Source: Octopus vulgaris (Eukaryota). Taken from it: a stretch of DNA of 64,000 nucleotides. The position numbers and the translations under genes were made by a program. How positions within the stretch are numbered: position 1 is the stretch's first letter; each line of letters starts with the position of its first letter. The stretch lies in assembly GCA_951406725.2 (NCBI GenBank), contig OX597815.1, positions 17,794,001 through 17,858,000 on the forward strand, written 5' to 3'. Positions 23,833 to 36,285 of this stretch are shown in pieces. The notes under the pieces are model-generated. The model saw only the letters and a list, made by a program, of their open reading frames with translations. It was not told the origin of the DNA and ran no database searches.

Positions 23833-26128
23833 CTATTATGTTAGCGATTGTGTTTTAATTCTATCTCTTGATCGGTATGATATCACCAAGCTTCTTCAAG
23901 TTTGTTGAAGGGGTTCGTGTTTTTCTCCATTACTGTAGGAGCAATTTGCGATTATGATGGACAGATGATTAGAAGAGCAGTAAGACGTTTTGTCATGTAC
24001 TGAGGCAGCTTGTAGAGCAGGAAATGATGTCTGGAGAGAGAAGTTACTGTATCTAGAGCTTGGTGAACTATGAGGGTGTGTTGCTATGATGTGTTTAGAA
24101 TATAAAAGACTGTTTTAGCTATGATGCAGTTGTATCTCTTGTCATGCTGTGTGTATTGTCTCTGCACCTGGAAATATTGACTATACTGAAGTTTAATCCA
24201 CAAGAAATCTTAGGCAGCGTATCAAGCACAAGGAGAGGCTGGTGAGGTATTTATGTATGTATTAAATTATTTCATGTTGCCATTTTCAAATGCTTGCTTT
24301 TATAGTATTCTTTTTTTTTTTGGTGATTTATTTTATGCTGCTGACTTCAGTAAAGGAAAGATAATGGTATTACTTCCAGTTTGCTGTATTACCTTTTGTT
24401 CTAATTCAGGCAATGTTTGGTTGAGCTATCTGCTGAATTTTGTAATAATCTGTGAGTATGTGCATGAGTGTCAAAATCTTTCTGTTTCTTATATTTTTCA
24501 ATACAATTTTCGATGCCTTCAATTGGATTAGAATTCTCAAAAATAGAGTTTTGGAAAATAATTGCATGTTTACAGCATATCAGTTTTATGAAGTCTTACA
24601 GTGAATTGAGTCAATGGAAGCAAAAAGGATATTAGATTCTTAATAAAGTGATCTAATAGCCACATTAAGGAACATTAGCATGAATAAAATGGTTTTTATA
24701 GTAATTACAGCTACAAGAATAACCAAAATAAAAATTTGAGTCCACTAATACAGATCACTAATACAGCCTCAGATCAGCTTTGATCAAAGAAATCTATGAT
24801 CGAAGACATACCAACCATGACCATCCCATTTATGTCTACATCAAATGTCCTATAATTTAAGATGGTAGGATATGATTTAAGGGATATTTCACTGCTATTT
24901 TTAGCAGATTGAGCAACTATATAGGGGCTATCATGTTGGTTTTATTATTTTGTGGTTCAGATGACAATCAATGGCTCATGAGAACAGGTTAGGTTTTATA
25001 TAAAAACAAAAAGTTTCATGAAAACAGATCCTTCTATTTATCAGTTATTTCTGGTTGTGGGGTTTATATCAAGATTATGCAGACTATAATTTTGCTTATC
25101 AATAGCTGATATCGCTGTTGTTGTTGGTGTTCCTTTATTTATTTATTTATTTATTTATTCCTTCATTTAACCAATACTACCAGTCAATAATTGAATGGCT
25201 GGCGTTATGAAAAAGTATCTAAACAAATGTTTCAATTGTAAAATAAGTCAACCTAGAAGAGCAAAAGAAAATTAATAAAAAAAATACTTCTAAAAAATAC
25301 GAGAAAAGGATTATGTTTCTAACTGCTGCTTCCTTTGAGAATATAATCAAGATTTTAATGAAAATTTGCAATATTTGGCTGAAGCATTTTCCTGTTTTAT
25401 TATTTTTTTTTGTTTTTGTTTTTTTTTTTTCCTTTTTTTTCTAAAATCCAATTATTAGCTTGACTTTCTCCTAATGTTCCCATGAGGAAATCTTATTTTC
25501 CATTAAAATTAGGAGTCGGAGAATTTAAATAGATTATTTAAATGATCCGATTTTTAGAAGAATGGATTGCTCAGAGTGAGTGAGTGTTTATCTCAGACTC
25601 CATAAACATTTAGTAAATAAAGAAGAAGGTGCAAACTTCGATGCTTTCGAATGTAACTCAAAAGATGTATTTATATAATTTAAGCATTAGCTTGAGAAAT
25701 ATTTTCTCACTACTTATTTCATTTAATTGCATTATATTAGGTTATATAAGTAGAACAAGTACACAATATGTAAATATAATTCTAAAAGCTCTAAATGAAA
25801 GTATATAAAAGATAGCATTTAGCATAGAGATTCATTCAGTACTACTTTAGCAAGTATGGTGAAAGTTATGCTATGCTGAAGAGGTCAGAATAAAACTAAA
25901 ACATTGCTAGAATTATCTCCCTAAGTAGCAAAAAAAAAAACTACATATATTACTACAATTGGCAAACATACTTTCATTGATTACAGGTTTTGAATAAATG
26001 AATCAATGTTCCATTGAAAGCAAGTATGACATAAAAGGTAATTTGGTTTGGAGAAATATCAAAATGGATTTTGATCCTCAATCACTGTGTTTTCAGATTT
26101 CCCACTGATGTTTGTCTTTGCCAATATG

Positions 26129-26405
26129 CATCATCATCATCATCATCATCCTTGTTTAATGTCAGCTTTTCTTGCAGGCATGGCTTGGACAGTTTGACTG
26201 AGGACTGGCAAGCCAGATGGTTGCACCAGGCTCCAATCTGATCTGGCAGAGTTTCTACAGCTGGATGCCCTTCCCAACGCCAACCACTCCGAGAGTGTAG
26301 TGGGTGCTTTTACATTCCACTGACTTGAGGGGCAGTACAGGCAACAGCTACACTCAACTGGTGTTTTTTACATGCCACCTGCACAGGAGCCAGTCCAGCA
26401 GCACT
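26129..26405 (-). mobile_element. RTE 3' tail (family C)
   Basis: (CAT)n plus family match. Confidence 0.85.
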
Positions 26406-26429
26406 GTATTTAGTTATGTAACTTCACAT

Positions 26430-26957
26430 CAGTGGTTCCCAACCTGTGGTCAGCGGACCCTGGTAGTCCACAAAAGTAGTACAGGGGAGGGGGGCGTCTG
26501 TGAACAAAATTCAAAATTTCACATATATATATGCCAGCGTTGCCTTGACTGGCTTCTGTGCCGGTGGCATGTAAAAAGCACCATCCGAACGTGGCCGATG
26601 CCAGCACCGCCTTGACTAGCTTCTGTGCCGGTGGCACGTAAAAAGCACCAACCGATTGTGGCTGCTGCCAGACTCCCCTGGCACCTGTGCTGGTGGCACG
26701 TAAAAAGCACCCACTACAGTCACGGAGTGGTTGGTGTTAGGAAGGGCACCCAGCTGTAAAAACACTGCCAGATCAGACTGGAGCCTGGTGCAGCCTCCTG
26801 GCTTCCCAGACCCCGGTCGAACCATCCAACCCATACTAGCACAGAAAACGTACGTTAAATGATGATGATGATGATGTATGTATACACACTTGAGGATATG
26901 CATATTAAAAGGGGTCCGTGGGAAAACTCATTTAAATAAACGATTTGGGAACCACTG
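26430..26957. mobile_element. hAT (Charlie-like) MITE carrying a nested RTE tail
   Basis: TIRs CAGTGGTTCCCAA / TTGGGAACCACTG; 8-bp TSD CTTCACAT / CTTTACAT. Confidence 0.85.
26533..26876 (+). mobile_element. RTE 3' tail (family C) nested in the hAT MITE
   Basis: Family match; (GAT)n tail. Confidence 0.88.
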
Positions 26958-27338
26958 CTTTACATTATGTGTTCAATTCCTGTCAGAGATAATTTTGTCT
27001 TTTATCCAGCAATGCCCCGCAAAAAGTAAATACTGGAGAGCTGTTTAATTATTTATACATTCCTCTCTGAGAAGAAAATTAGTACTACTACTACCAGCAT
27101 CACCACCCCTATTATGACCACCATATAATTGTCAAATTGCTTCTAAAATAAATTATTCTAAGAGATCTTTTGATAAACTTAAACAACAGTTTGATTGATG
27201 AAACTATATTGTCAAATTTATGATTATGTGGTGAGCCAAAAAATGCCTTATGGTAAACCTGGTGGGTACTTTTATGGTCATCAGTTACCGGAAAATATTG
27301 ATTTACTAATATTATTTTCCAAATGTTTATAACAATCA

Positions 27339-27499
27339 TAGGAGTGGCTGTGTGGTAAGTAGCTTCCTTACCAACCACATGGTTCCAGGTTCAGTCCCAC
27401 TGCCTGGCATCTTGGGCAAGTGTCTTCTAGTATAGCCTTGGGCCAACCAAAACCTTGTGAGTGGATTTGGTAGACAGAAACTGAAAGAAGCTCGTCATA

Positions 27500-27560
<61 letters not shown>

Positions 27561-27780
27561 ATATGTATGTATGTATGTGTATATGTTTGTGTGTCTGTGT
27601 TTGTCCCCCAACATCACTTGACAACCAATGCTGGTCTATTTACATCCCAATAACTTAGTGGTTCGGCAAAAGTACTAGGCATACAAAGAATTAGTCCTGG
27701 GGTCGATTTGGTTGACTAAAGGCGGTGCTCCAGCATGGCCACAGTCAAATGACTGAAACAAGTAAAAGAGTAAAAAGAGT
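27339..27780 (+). mobile_element. SINE family A
   Basis: Family match with internal TA/TG tract. Confidence 0.9.
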
Positions 27781-28959
27781 GTATATAATTGAATAATAAT
27801 CTGCACAGTCTGCATGGTAACGGAAAATCAAAGTAGAGCCAGAAGACTCTGCTTGGATATTCTTGTGAAGGTATATTGTGGGTCCTGCTATTTGATGCAT
27901 TCATGCCACAAGAATTCTTGATTAGTTGTTGCCTCAACGTAAATTGAGTTCTCAAAAGCAAGCATGTCAGCTGTCTATTGTGTTTATTGCTGTGAGTAAG
28001 CAATATCACCCATAGTTCATAATTCAAATCAATATTAAAAAACATGAGAGAGTCAGGACAACAATGTCAAAAAGACTTTAGTGGTCAATTTGATGGTTAC
28101 ATGTTTAGAACTTTAAAAATATTTTGCTTGGTCACTTTGTTTGGTCAATTTGATGGCTACATGTTTAGAACTTTAAAAATATTTTTGTTTTCCTGATTGT
28201 AAATGAGGAATTTTAGTAAGTTGAGTATTGCATAATAAAACTTTCTTGAAAACAATTTGATTAATAAAACAGAGTTGATATTGTTAATTCCAGCAAGGTC
28301 AATATTCCATTCATCCTTCTGAGGTCAATAAAATAAATACCAGTCATTTAATGGGTTCATGTAATCAAATATACCCCAACCCTCCATCAGGCATTTGCCA
28401 TATTCTGAACGCCTTACTTCCCTGGGCATGGATACATTGAAACTTCGTGACTGAACAATCTGAGAAATGAATAAGATACAAAGTGTAAACAAAAATGAAA
28501 GAAATATATCATTAGAAGTGAAAAGATATAACACTGCATGATATTCTGATTTGGTGCACTCTGAGTTCAAATCTCATTGTGGTTAACTTGGTCTTTTATC
28601 CTTTTGGAGTCAATAAAAAAAATGTACCCATTCAGGGAGGTGGACTGGTGGAAGTGTTAGAGAGTCAGGCAAAGTGCCTTCTGATGTCTCTTCTAGCTTT
28701 TTGTGCTCAGGTAGCAAACCCTGCAATGACTTTGATGTCAAGCAGTATTGGTCCAAGGTTGGCAGCTTTTCCTTTGGACAAATTTCAATTGCATGAAGAA
28801 GACAGATTTGCATGCATGAGCAAACACTAGTTTTCTTTAAAAAAACAGATGAAAGGAAAAAATCCTGCCAAGGTCTATGCATACATATGCAGACATGTGG
28901 TTAACCTTAAGGAGTGGAGGCCCTGTAATTTGTAATAAACAGTATATTTTTATTTGGAT

Positions 28960-29186
28960 AGGGCAGCAAGCTGGCAGAATCGTTAGCACGCCAGGCAAAA
29001 CGCATAGCCGTATTTCGTCTGCTGCTACGTTCTGAGTTCAAATTCTGCCGAGGTTGACTTTGCCTTTCATCCTTTCAGGGTCAATTAAATAAGTATGCAC
29101 TGGGGTCGATATAATTGACTTAATCCGTTTGTCTGTCCTTGTTTGTCCTCTCTGTGTTTAGCCCCTTGTGGGTAGTAAAGAAATAG
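28960..29186 (+). mobile_element. SINE family B with 18-bp TSD
   Basis: TSD GTATATTTTTATTTGGAT at 28942-28959 and 29187-29204. Confidence 0.92.
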
Positions 29187-29341
29187 GTATATTTTTATTT
29201 GGATGAAAGGCTTAACATTCTTGTCTCCATATTCTAGCAAAAGAACTATTTCTAATCCTATTTCAATATTTCTACCAAAAATCTGTTATTATCCTATTAA
29301 CCCTGCCTGTAAATGGGGAAGCACAAAGGAGTGCTTTATTT

Positions 29342-29556
29342 CATCATCATCATCGTTTAACGTCTGCTTTCCATGCTAGCATGGGTTGGATGATTTTGAC
29401 TGAGGGCTGGCGAATCAGACGGCTGCACCAGGCTCCACTCTTGATCTGGCAGAGTTTCTACAGCTGGATGCCCTTCCTAACGCCAACCACTCCGAGAGTG
29501 TAGTGGGTGCTTTTTACATGCCACCAGCACAAGGGCCAGTCAGGCGGTACTGGCAA
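29342..29556 (-). mobile_element. RTE 3' tail (family C)
   Basis: Family match. Confidence 0.88.
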
Positions 29557-29666
29557 TAAATCTGGTGCAAGTAAATTCAAAGATCATGACAAATGCTAGG
29601 TAATGGTGGTGTTAGCATAGTAGAAGACAATGATGACAGCATTACTATAGTAATAACTAAAGGTAG

Positions 29667-29950
29667 TTATGGAGATGTACTTGCATAGCAAGTGACTTGA
29701 TCTGAGATCGTGTGCTGGAACGAAAACAATTGCAGCGTGGAAGGTGTTTATAAGCCATTTAATAAACACACAAAACTGTTAGATTCACTTCAACATTTAA
29801 ATTTAATTTGTCAAAATATTTTCGTTGCTTTGAGACCGCGACCTGTTCACTGAGGTCACAGTCTCAAAGCGACGAAAATATTTTGACAAATTAAATTTAA
29901 GTGTTGAAGTGAATCTAACGGTTTTTGTGTGTTTCTTAAATGGCTTATAA
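29667..29950. mobile_element. Insertion with ~100-bp inverted arms and 12-bp TSD (Penelope-like terminus)
   Basis: Arms 29746-29844 / 29853-29952; TSD AACTAAAGGTAG at 29655-29666 and 29950-29961. Confidence 0.8.
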
Positions 29951-30821
29951 ACTAAAGGTAGATTTATTTTAAATTCCACAAAACATCATCACCTGCAAAT
30001 TAAAATGCCTCCACCTGCAATTTGAAATTAAAGAATGTCCACACCCACAATAACGATGTAATATAAATTCTATGACTGCCATATTAAAGACATCCTTTAG
30101 ATTAGGAATCCTTCTTAATCAGAGAAGTGATTTTCTCTTTCCAAAAACTATAGTATAACTTTCCTGATTACACTTACCAAATGAAGGGTGGACAATAGTT
30201 ATTTCACAGAATATGTAATTTACTATCATTAAGATGACAAATAATTCCATTAAAATGCCAAATAATAAACTAGAAATACTTTCATAAAGACTAATCAGTA
30301 ATTTCATTTATCTTCACAATGTTTATTTTGTTCTTTTAAATTTTAATTTTTCTAAAAAAAGCTGAACACTAGACAGATTAACAATTTTTTTTTCTAAGTC
30401 TAAATACAACAAAAAGAAATAAAATAAAGTAGAAATACTTCAGAGACTTTCTTGTTGATTTTAGCCATTTTCATCTAAGTTTTTTATCAAAATAATTCAT
30501 TTATTTATTTAAGTGCACTGAGCTGAGAAAATTGAAGATTGGCTCAGAATATTTTCATAAGTGACCAATGTTAATTAACAGTATTCTGATTAGCTGATTT
30601 GCTTTGTAGAAATAATGTGAATGGGATGAATTTAAAACATAATTTTTGGCAAATCAACTTACAATCATAAAATGGACTTCTATAACTTTCAATCTCCCAC
30701 CCTCCATCTGCTGTCAATGTCCTCCACTCATCATAGCCACCACTACATAGCTCTGACCTTCATCTTTGTCCCAGTAAATTTCTTTCTGTCCCTCCATATT
30801 TTCTGACCTATTGGCTCCTGT

Positions 30822-31056
30822 GCATTTGAGCATGGCCATTGCCAGTACCACCCTCATGCAGGTGGCATGTAAAAGCACCCACTACACTCTCGGAGTGGTT
30901 GGCATTAGGAAGGGCATCCAGCTGTAGAAACTCTGCCAGATCAGATTGGAGTCTGGTGTAACCATCTGGCTCGCCAGCCCTCAGTCAAAATCGTCCAACC
31001 CATGCTAGCATGGAAAGCGGACATTAAACAATAATGATGATGATGATGATGATGAT
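30822..31056 (+). mobile_element. RTE 3' tail (family C)
   Basis: Family match; (GAT)n. Confidence 0.88.
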
Positions 31057-31504
31057 CTACAGGGTTTCCCTATTTTCTGATCTATTTACAGTACTATGTT
31101 GTTCTTACCCCTAATCATATTGCCATTTATCACCACCTTTTTGCCTGAGCTATTTCTCCCCCATACTGTTATGTAACATTGACCACACCTCCACTCTGGA
31201 ACATCATTCACAACAATAACCTCTGCCTCAATCTCAAATCCTCAAATCACTCTCCTTTCACACTCCTATGAATTTATTCATCCATATGTCCCCATTTTTA
31301 TTTCATATTCTCCCTGACGGTATGCTCTGACATCTCATCACTAATATCTCTACACTCTTTCCAGCTATTTCCAGCCATTCCTATATAATGTGAAGTAGCC
31401 ATATATCTCTTCTATTGCAAGATATTTGTACTTGTCTCTCTATCGTACTTTAGCCCCTCAATGCCAGGTACAAATCCACCTACATCTAGGAGGCTTTTTA
31501 TTCT

Positions 31505-31733
31505 TTAACCCTTTAGCATTTAAACCAGCCAAATCCGGCCAAAAGTATTCTGCCTGTTTTATGTTCAAACTGGCCAGATCTGGTCTCTCACACCAACCCT
31601 ACAATATCATCTTAAAAATTAACAGCTACCTCATAAAAATCTCATAGCTACAAGATAATGCATGATTAGTTCAAAACAATGTGGATAAAAAAGCATTAAT
31701 TTTGGCAGAATAATGTGAACACTAAAGGGTTAA
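31505..31733. mobile_element. piggyBac-type MITE family F
   Basis: TTAA-CCCTTTAG...CTAAAGGG-TTAA; homologous to 50190-50416 and 51073-51302. Confidence 0.85.
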
Positions 31734-32294
31734 TCTTTCAAGTTACTTGGCAAACTTCACTTATGCTGGTGTCACAAAAAAAACACCCCATACACACAGT
31801 AAAATGGTTGGCATGAGAAAGAGCATCCAACCATGACAACCATGCCTAAGCAGACAATGGAGTTCAATGCACTCCTCTAACTTGTCGGATTCTGTTAAAC
31901 CCATGACATCATGGAAGACAGATGTTAAATGACTTTGATGATGAGGAGGACTTTAAACTATGTATGATAATAGAAACTTTGATGATAATAATAACAAAAA
32001 TCATTTAATCTTAGACATAATACAGGAAGAAATCTTAACAAAAACAGGAAATGTTTTTCTGTTAAGTAAAATTCCATTCAGTGCGATTAAGATAATAAAT
32101 ACAATATGACTGACATAAAAATACATCAAAGCATTAAAACTGAACTCTAACATATAAATCTTGAGAAAATAGATTCAGGGACAATTCTCGTAAAGTTCTT
32201 GTCATTTTCTGTATGAACTTATTCCAAGTTTCACACATTTATTGAGCTGTATAAAACATACATTTCTGATTAAGTTGTTTCCATTCTAAGTTTT

Positions 32295-33030
32295 ATTCTT
32301 TTATTCTTTTCACTGGTTTCAATCATTTGGCTATGGCCATGCTGGAGCATGGCCTTAAAGGGGTTTTAGTCAAAGAAAGGGACCTCAGAACTTATTTTTT
32401 GTAATACAGTTCTATATTTAAGAGATGAGGAATTATGTACATTATCTACATTCGATGGATATTTGTCCTCATCTTGCTTAACCCCCTATGCCATATGCCC
32501 GTGGGCATATGGCGTAGTGGTTAAGAGCGCGGGCTACTAACCCCAAGATTCTGAATTCGATTCCAAGCAGTGACCTGAACAATAACAATAATAATAATAA
32601 TAACATTGAAAAATTACCTAAGGAATGAGAACCCAGGTTCAAAATTTCCCTAAGACGCCTGATGAAGGCTGGAGGATGTTAACAACAAACAAGATGAGGA
32701 CAAATATCTGTCGAATATAAATAATGTAAATAATGTTATTCTTTGTAAGCCTAATACTTATCAGTCTTTTTTTGCTGAACTGCTAAGTTACATGACATAA
32801 ACATACCAGTTGTCAAATGATGGTGGGAGGACAAACACTCACACACACACATATATATATATATATATGACGGGCTTCTTTCAATTTCCACCTACCAAAT
32901 CCACTTCCAAGGCTTTGGTCAACCCGAGGTTATAGTTGAAGGCCTCTGCCTAAGGTGTCACACAGCGGGACTGAACCCAGAACCATGTGGATGGGAAGCA
33001 AGCTTATTACCACAGAGCCACACCTACGTT
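32295..33030 (-). mobile_element. SINE family A interrupted by an insertion at ~32405-32735
   Basis: Tail half 32295-32400 and head half 32737-33030. Confidence 0.8.
32425..32735 (+). mobile_element. tRNA-headed element with hammerhead half-motif and terminal inverted segment
   Basis: TGGCGTAGTGG and ATTCGATTCC boxes at 32510-32565; CCTGATGAAGGCTG near 32660; 32431-32476 is inverted relative to 32690-32734. Confidence 0.65.
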
Positions 33031-33103
33031 TATACACAAAATTATTTCAAATAATACAATACACACACACACACACACACATGTATCTGCTCAAATATAT
33101 GTA

Positions 33104-33458
33104 TACCTATAATATAAATTTGACATGGGTGATCGTTGTATTCTTTCTTGTCTTGAGATTCACAGCCAAACGGCTGGGTGGATTTGCATGAAAATGTGGA
33201 GACAAGTGCATAGATTGGAATGCAGTTTGTATTTTTTTCCTAACCCCCATACTTACCGAGAAAATGGATCAAAACTTTTTCTAATGGAAGTCACCTCTTT
33301 CTTCCGTCACTGATGGGGTGGGTTCAGGAAATGTTCATACAGCCGGAGGCTCCAATCAAAACAGGGGACCCGAAATGATAAGGTTGATTATGCCTGACCA
33401 AAAACGATTACAGCCACATCATCCAAACAGACCGGGTGAAACCGGGCTTAGCTGCTAG
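33104..33458 (+). mobile_element. Non-autonomous Helitron-like element
   Basis: 5' CTATAATATAAA; 3' hairpin CCGGgtgaaaCCGG followed by CTAG|T. Confidence 0.65.
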
Positions 33459-33552
33459 TAGATATATAAATAAATATAAATAGATATAAAATAACATTAA
33501 CAGTGATGCAGTTTACAGGTAGATTAGAGCTTAATATGAAAATCAGAAATTG

Positions 33553-33770
33553 GGTGGCTAGCTGGCAGAATCGTTAGCATGCCAGCCAAAATGCTTAGTG
33601 GCATTTTGTCCTCTTTGTGTTCTGAGTTCAAATTCTGCGAAGGTCAACTTTGCCTTTCATATTTTCGGAGTTGATCAAAAGAGTAGCAGTTGAGTAAACA
33701 CTGGGGTCACTGTAATCAACTAGTCCCCTCCCCTGAACTTGTTGGCCTTGTGTTTAAAAATTGAAACCAA
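33553..33770 (+). mobile_element. SINE family B, diverged
   Basis: Family match. Confidence 0.75.
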
Positions 33771-34076
33771 TATGAAAATGAGAAATATTGAAAATATCTA
33801 CAAACAGTGCTGTTAACTCAAAATATTCATGGTGGAATAAAATTGAAATATAGCAATAGGGAAAGAGATATGCAAAACATAGAAAATATATTTAAGGAGA
33901 GAACTGAGAATGTCACATGATTAACACCCTAGCCCCAGTTCATGCCCTAGCCATTGTCCTCATTAACATCATCTAGCTACAGGCATGTAACAAGAATTTT
34001 TTTGGAAATTTAGAAGCAAACAGTAATGAAATGGCACTCACTATTGCCAGTATACATAACTTTTATGCTGATAATT

Positions 34077-34410
34077 TCTCTATATATAAATGGCAAAATG
34101 TCTGTCTGTGTGTGTGTGTCCTTTATACAAATCCGCAATTTTTCAGTTAGAGGGCTTGCACTTTCTATGGTTATTCAAAACCATCCAAGGGTGGTCATGC
34201 ACATCTTTACATTTCCCCAGTCACCCAACAAAGCCATTAAAAAATCAATAGAAGTGACTTTTTTGTGAATTTTCTATCCAAAACCCCAATCAAAATGCCC
34301 GAAACTTGATACGCCAATTGAATGCCAGCTAGCTGTATGTGATTGGTCGGAGATTTGGACAGTATTCGCATGTATGTGTGCACACAGGCAGCTGTATATG
34401 CATGCACTGA
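34077..34410 (+). mobile_element. Non-autonomous Helitron, 3'-truncated copy
   Basis: Reverse-complement homolog of 43293-43667; 5' TCTCTATATATAAA. Confidence 0.8.
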
Positions 34411-34639
34411 TAAAAATGAACTGGTCTGGTGCTATATATGATAGCCTAAGACTACAAACTTTAAGATCTTCTTAATAAGTAAACAAAAAGAAATTAAATA
34501 TATATACTCTAAATATAACTCCTTCCTTGTTCTTCATTTTAAATTCAAACTTCTGATCCCACCAAATATAATGTAAACATGATTATCTCCCTTACATTTA
34601 TTGGCCACAAAGGAACATTACATGCATACTTTTCTTTGT

Positions 34640-34990
34640 AAAGGGATTAAGTCGATTACATCGACCCCAGTGCGAAACTGGTACTTTATTTATTGACCCC
34701 GAGAGGATGAAAGGCAAAGTCGGCCCCGGCGGAATTTGAACTCAGAACGTAACGACAGACGAAATACCGCTAAGCATTTCGTTAGCACGCCGGACAAAAT
34801 GCTTAGCAGTATTTCGTCTGTCCTTACGTTCTGAGTTCAAATTCCGCTGGGGTCGACTTTGCCTTTCATCCTCTCGGGGTCGATAAATAAAGTACCAGTT
34901 TCGCACTAGGTCGATGTAATCGACTTAATCCCTTTGTCTGTCCTTATTTATCCCCTCTGTGTTTAGCCCATTGTGTGTAGTAAAGAAATA
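34640..34990. mobile_element. Head-to-head fused SINE B pair (inverted repeat)
   Basis: 34640-34780 (-) directly abuts 34781-34990 (+). Confidence 0.88.
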
Positions 34991-35889
34991 TATATTTCTG
35001 TATAATAGTGAAGAGTTGAAAAATAAAAAAAAATACTCACTACTTTTTTTTATATTAGAAGGAAAAACAGTGTTAAACCAACAGTAGTAGCAGACACAAC
35101 ATTAATAAGGTTACAAAAAAATATCCGCCCCACCAATCCTCATTTCTATATCCGCCCTTCTCAAAAACAAAACAAAGAACAATATATCAAGAGAAGTCCT
35201 TAAATAAGATTTAAATTTTAAGCCAAGCACAGATAATTACGTTATCTTATTACAACATGTTACTTTGACTCAAACTCGTTAAGTTCATTTACACACCTCA
35301 AGGATATAAAGAAACAAACAAGGCATAAAAAGTCAGAATTATAGTAATAAAAAAATATAATAAATATCAATAATTATTTTGATAAAAAAAAACTGAATAA
35401 GATCTATAAGAATAATAATTATAAAAATGTAAAAAATATTACTTAATGATAACTTTGAAGGAATTTTATTAATTCACTCAATAAACTTTGCTGTAGGATG
35501 AAGATATAGTCACAGACCAATTCTTCCAAACCTAAAGATTTTTGTTTCATGCTTTTAATAAGATTGGAACTTATTGCTAGAATCTGAGTTGAACATTTGT
35601 TTAAAAAAACATACATATAAAAATATTGAATTTTAATAAAAAAAAAATTAATAATTAAAGTAGACAATTAATCTTAGTATGCTTAATTTTTTTTAAACTT
35701 TAGATAAAATTTGACCAAGTCTCAAATGAATTTAAAGTTTATTGAGTCTACAAAGATTACTAATGATTCAGTGAAATATATATTAATCAATGTCATTGTA
35801 AAAGTTAATTAGAGTAAATATATATATATATATATACACAGTATAAAATAATCTAAAAAAATATATTGAAATGTTTCAAATAAATATAA

Positions 35890-36285
35890 TAGGCACAAAT
35901 GTAGCTGTGTGGTAAGAAATCTGATTCCCAACCACATGGTTCTGAGTTCAGTCCCACAGTGTGAAACCTTGGGCAAGTATCTTCTATTATAGCCTTCAGC
36001 TGACCAAAGCCTTTTCAGTGGATTTGACTGATGGAAACTGAAAGAAACCCCTTCATGTATGTATGTTTGTGTGTGTGTGCATGTGTGTTTATCTCTAACC
36101 TTGCTTGACAACTGGAGTTGGTTTGTTTACATCCCATAACCTAGTGGTTTGGCAAAAGAGACCAATAGAATAAGTACCAATATTAAAAAAAAAAATACTG
36201 GGTTGATTTGTTTAACTAAAACTCTTCAAGGGAGTGCTCCAGCATGGCAGTAGTCTAATGACTAAGGCAAGTAAAAGATAAAAGA
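35890..36285 (+). mobile_element. SINE family A, diverged
   Basis: Family match. Confidence 0.8.

Noticed and set aside
23870-24530. Possible decayed LINE C-terminal or RNase H region on the minus strand
   Set aside because: Composition is suggestive but no motif could be read with confidence
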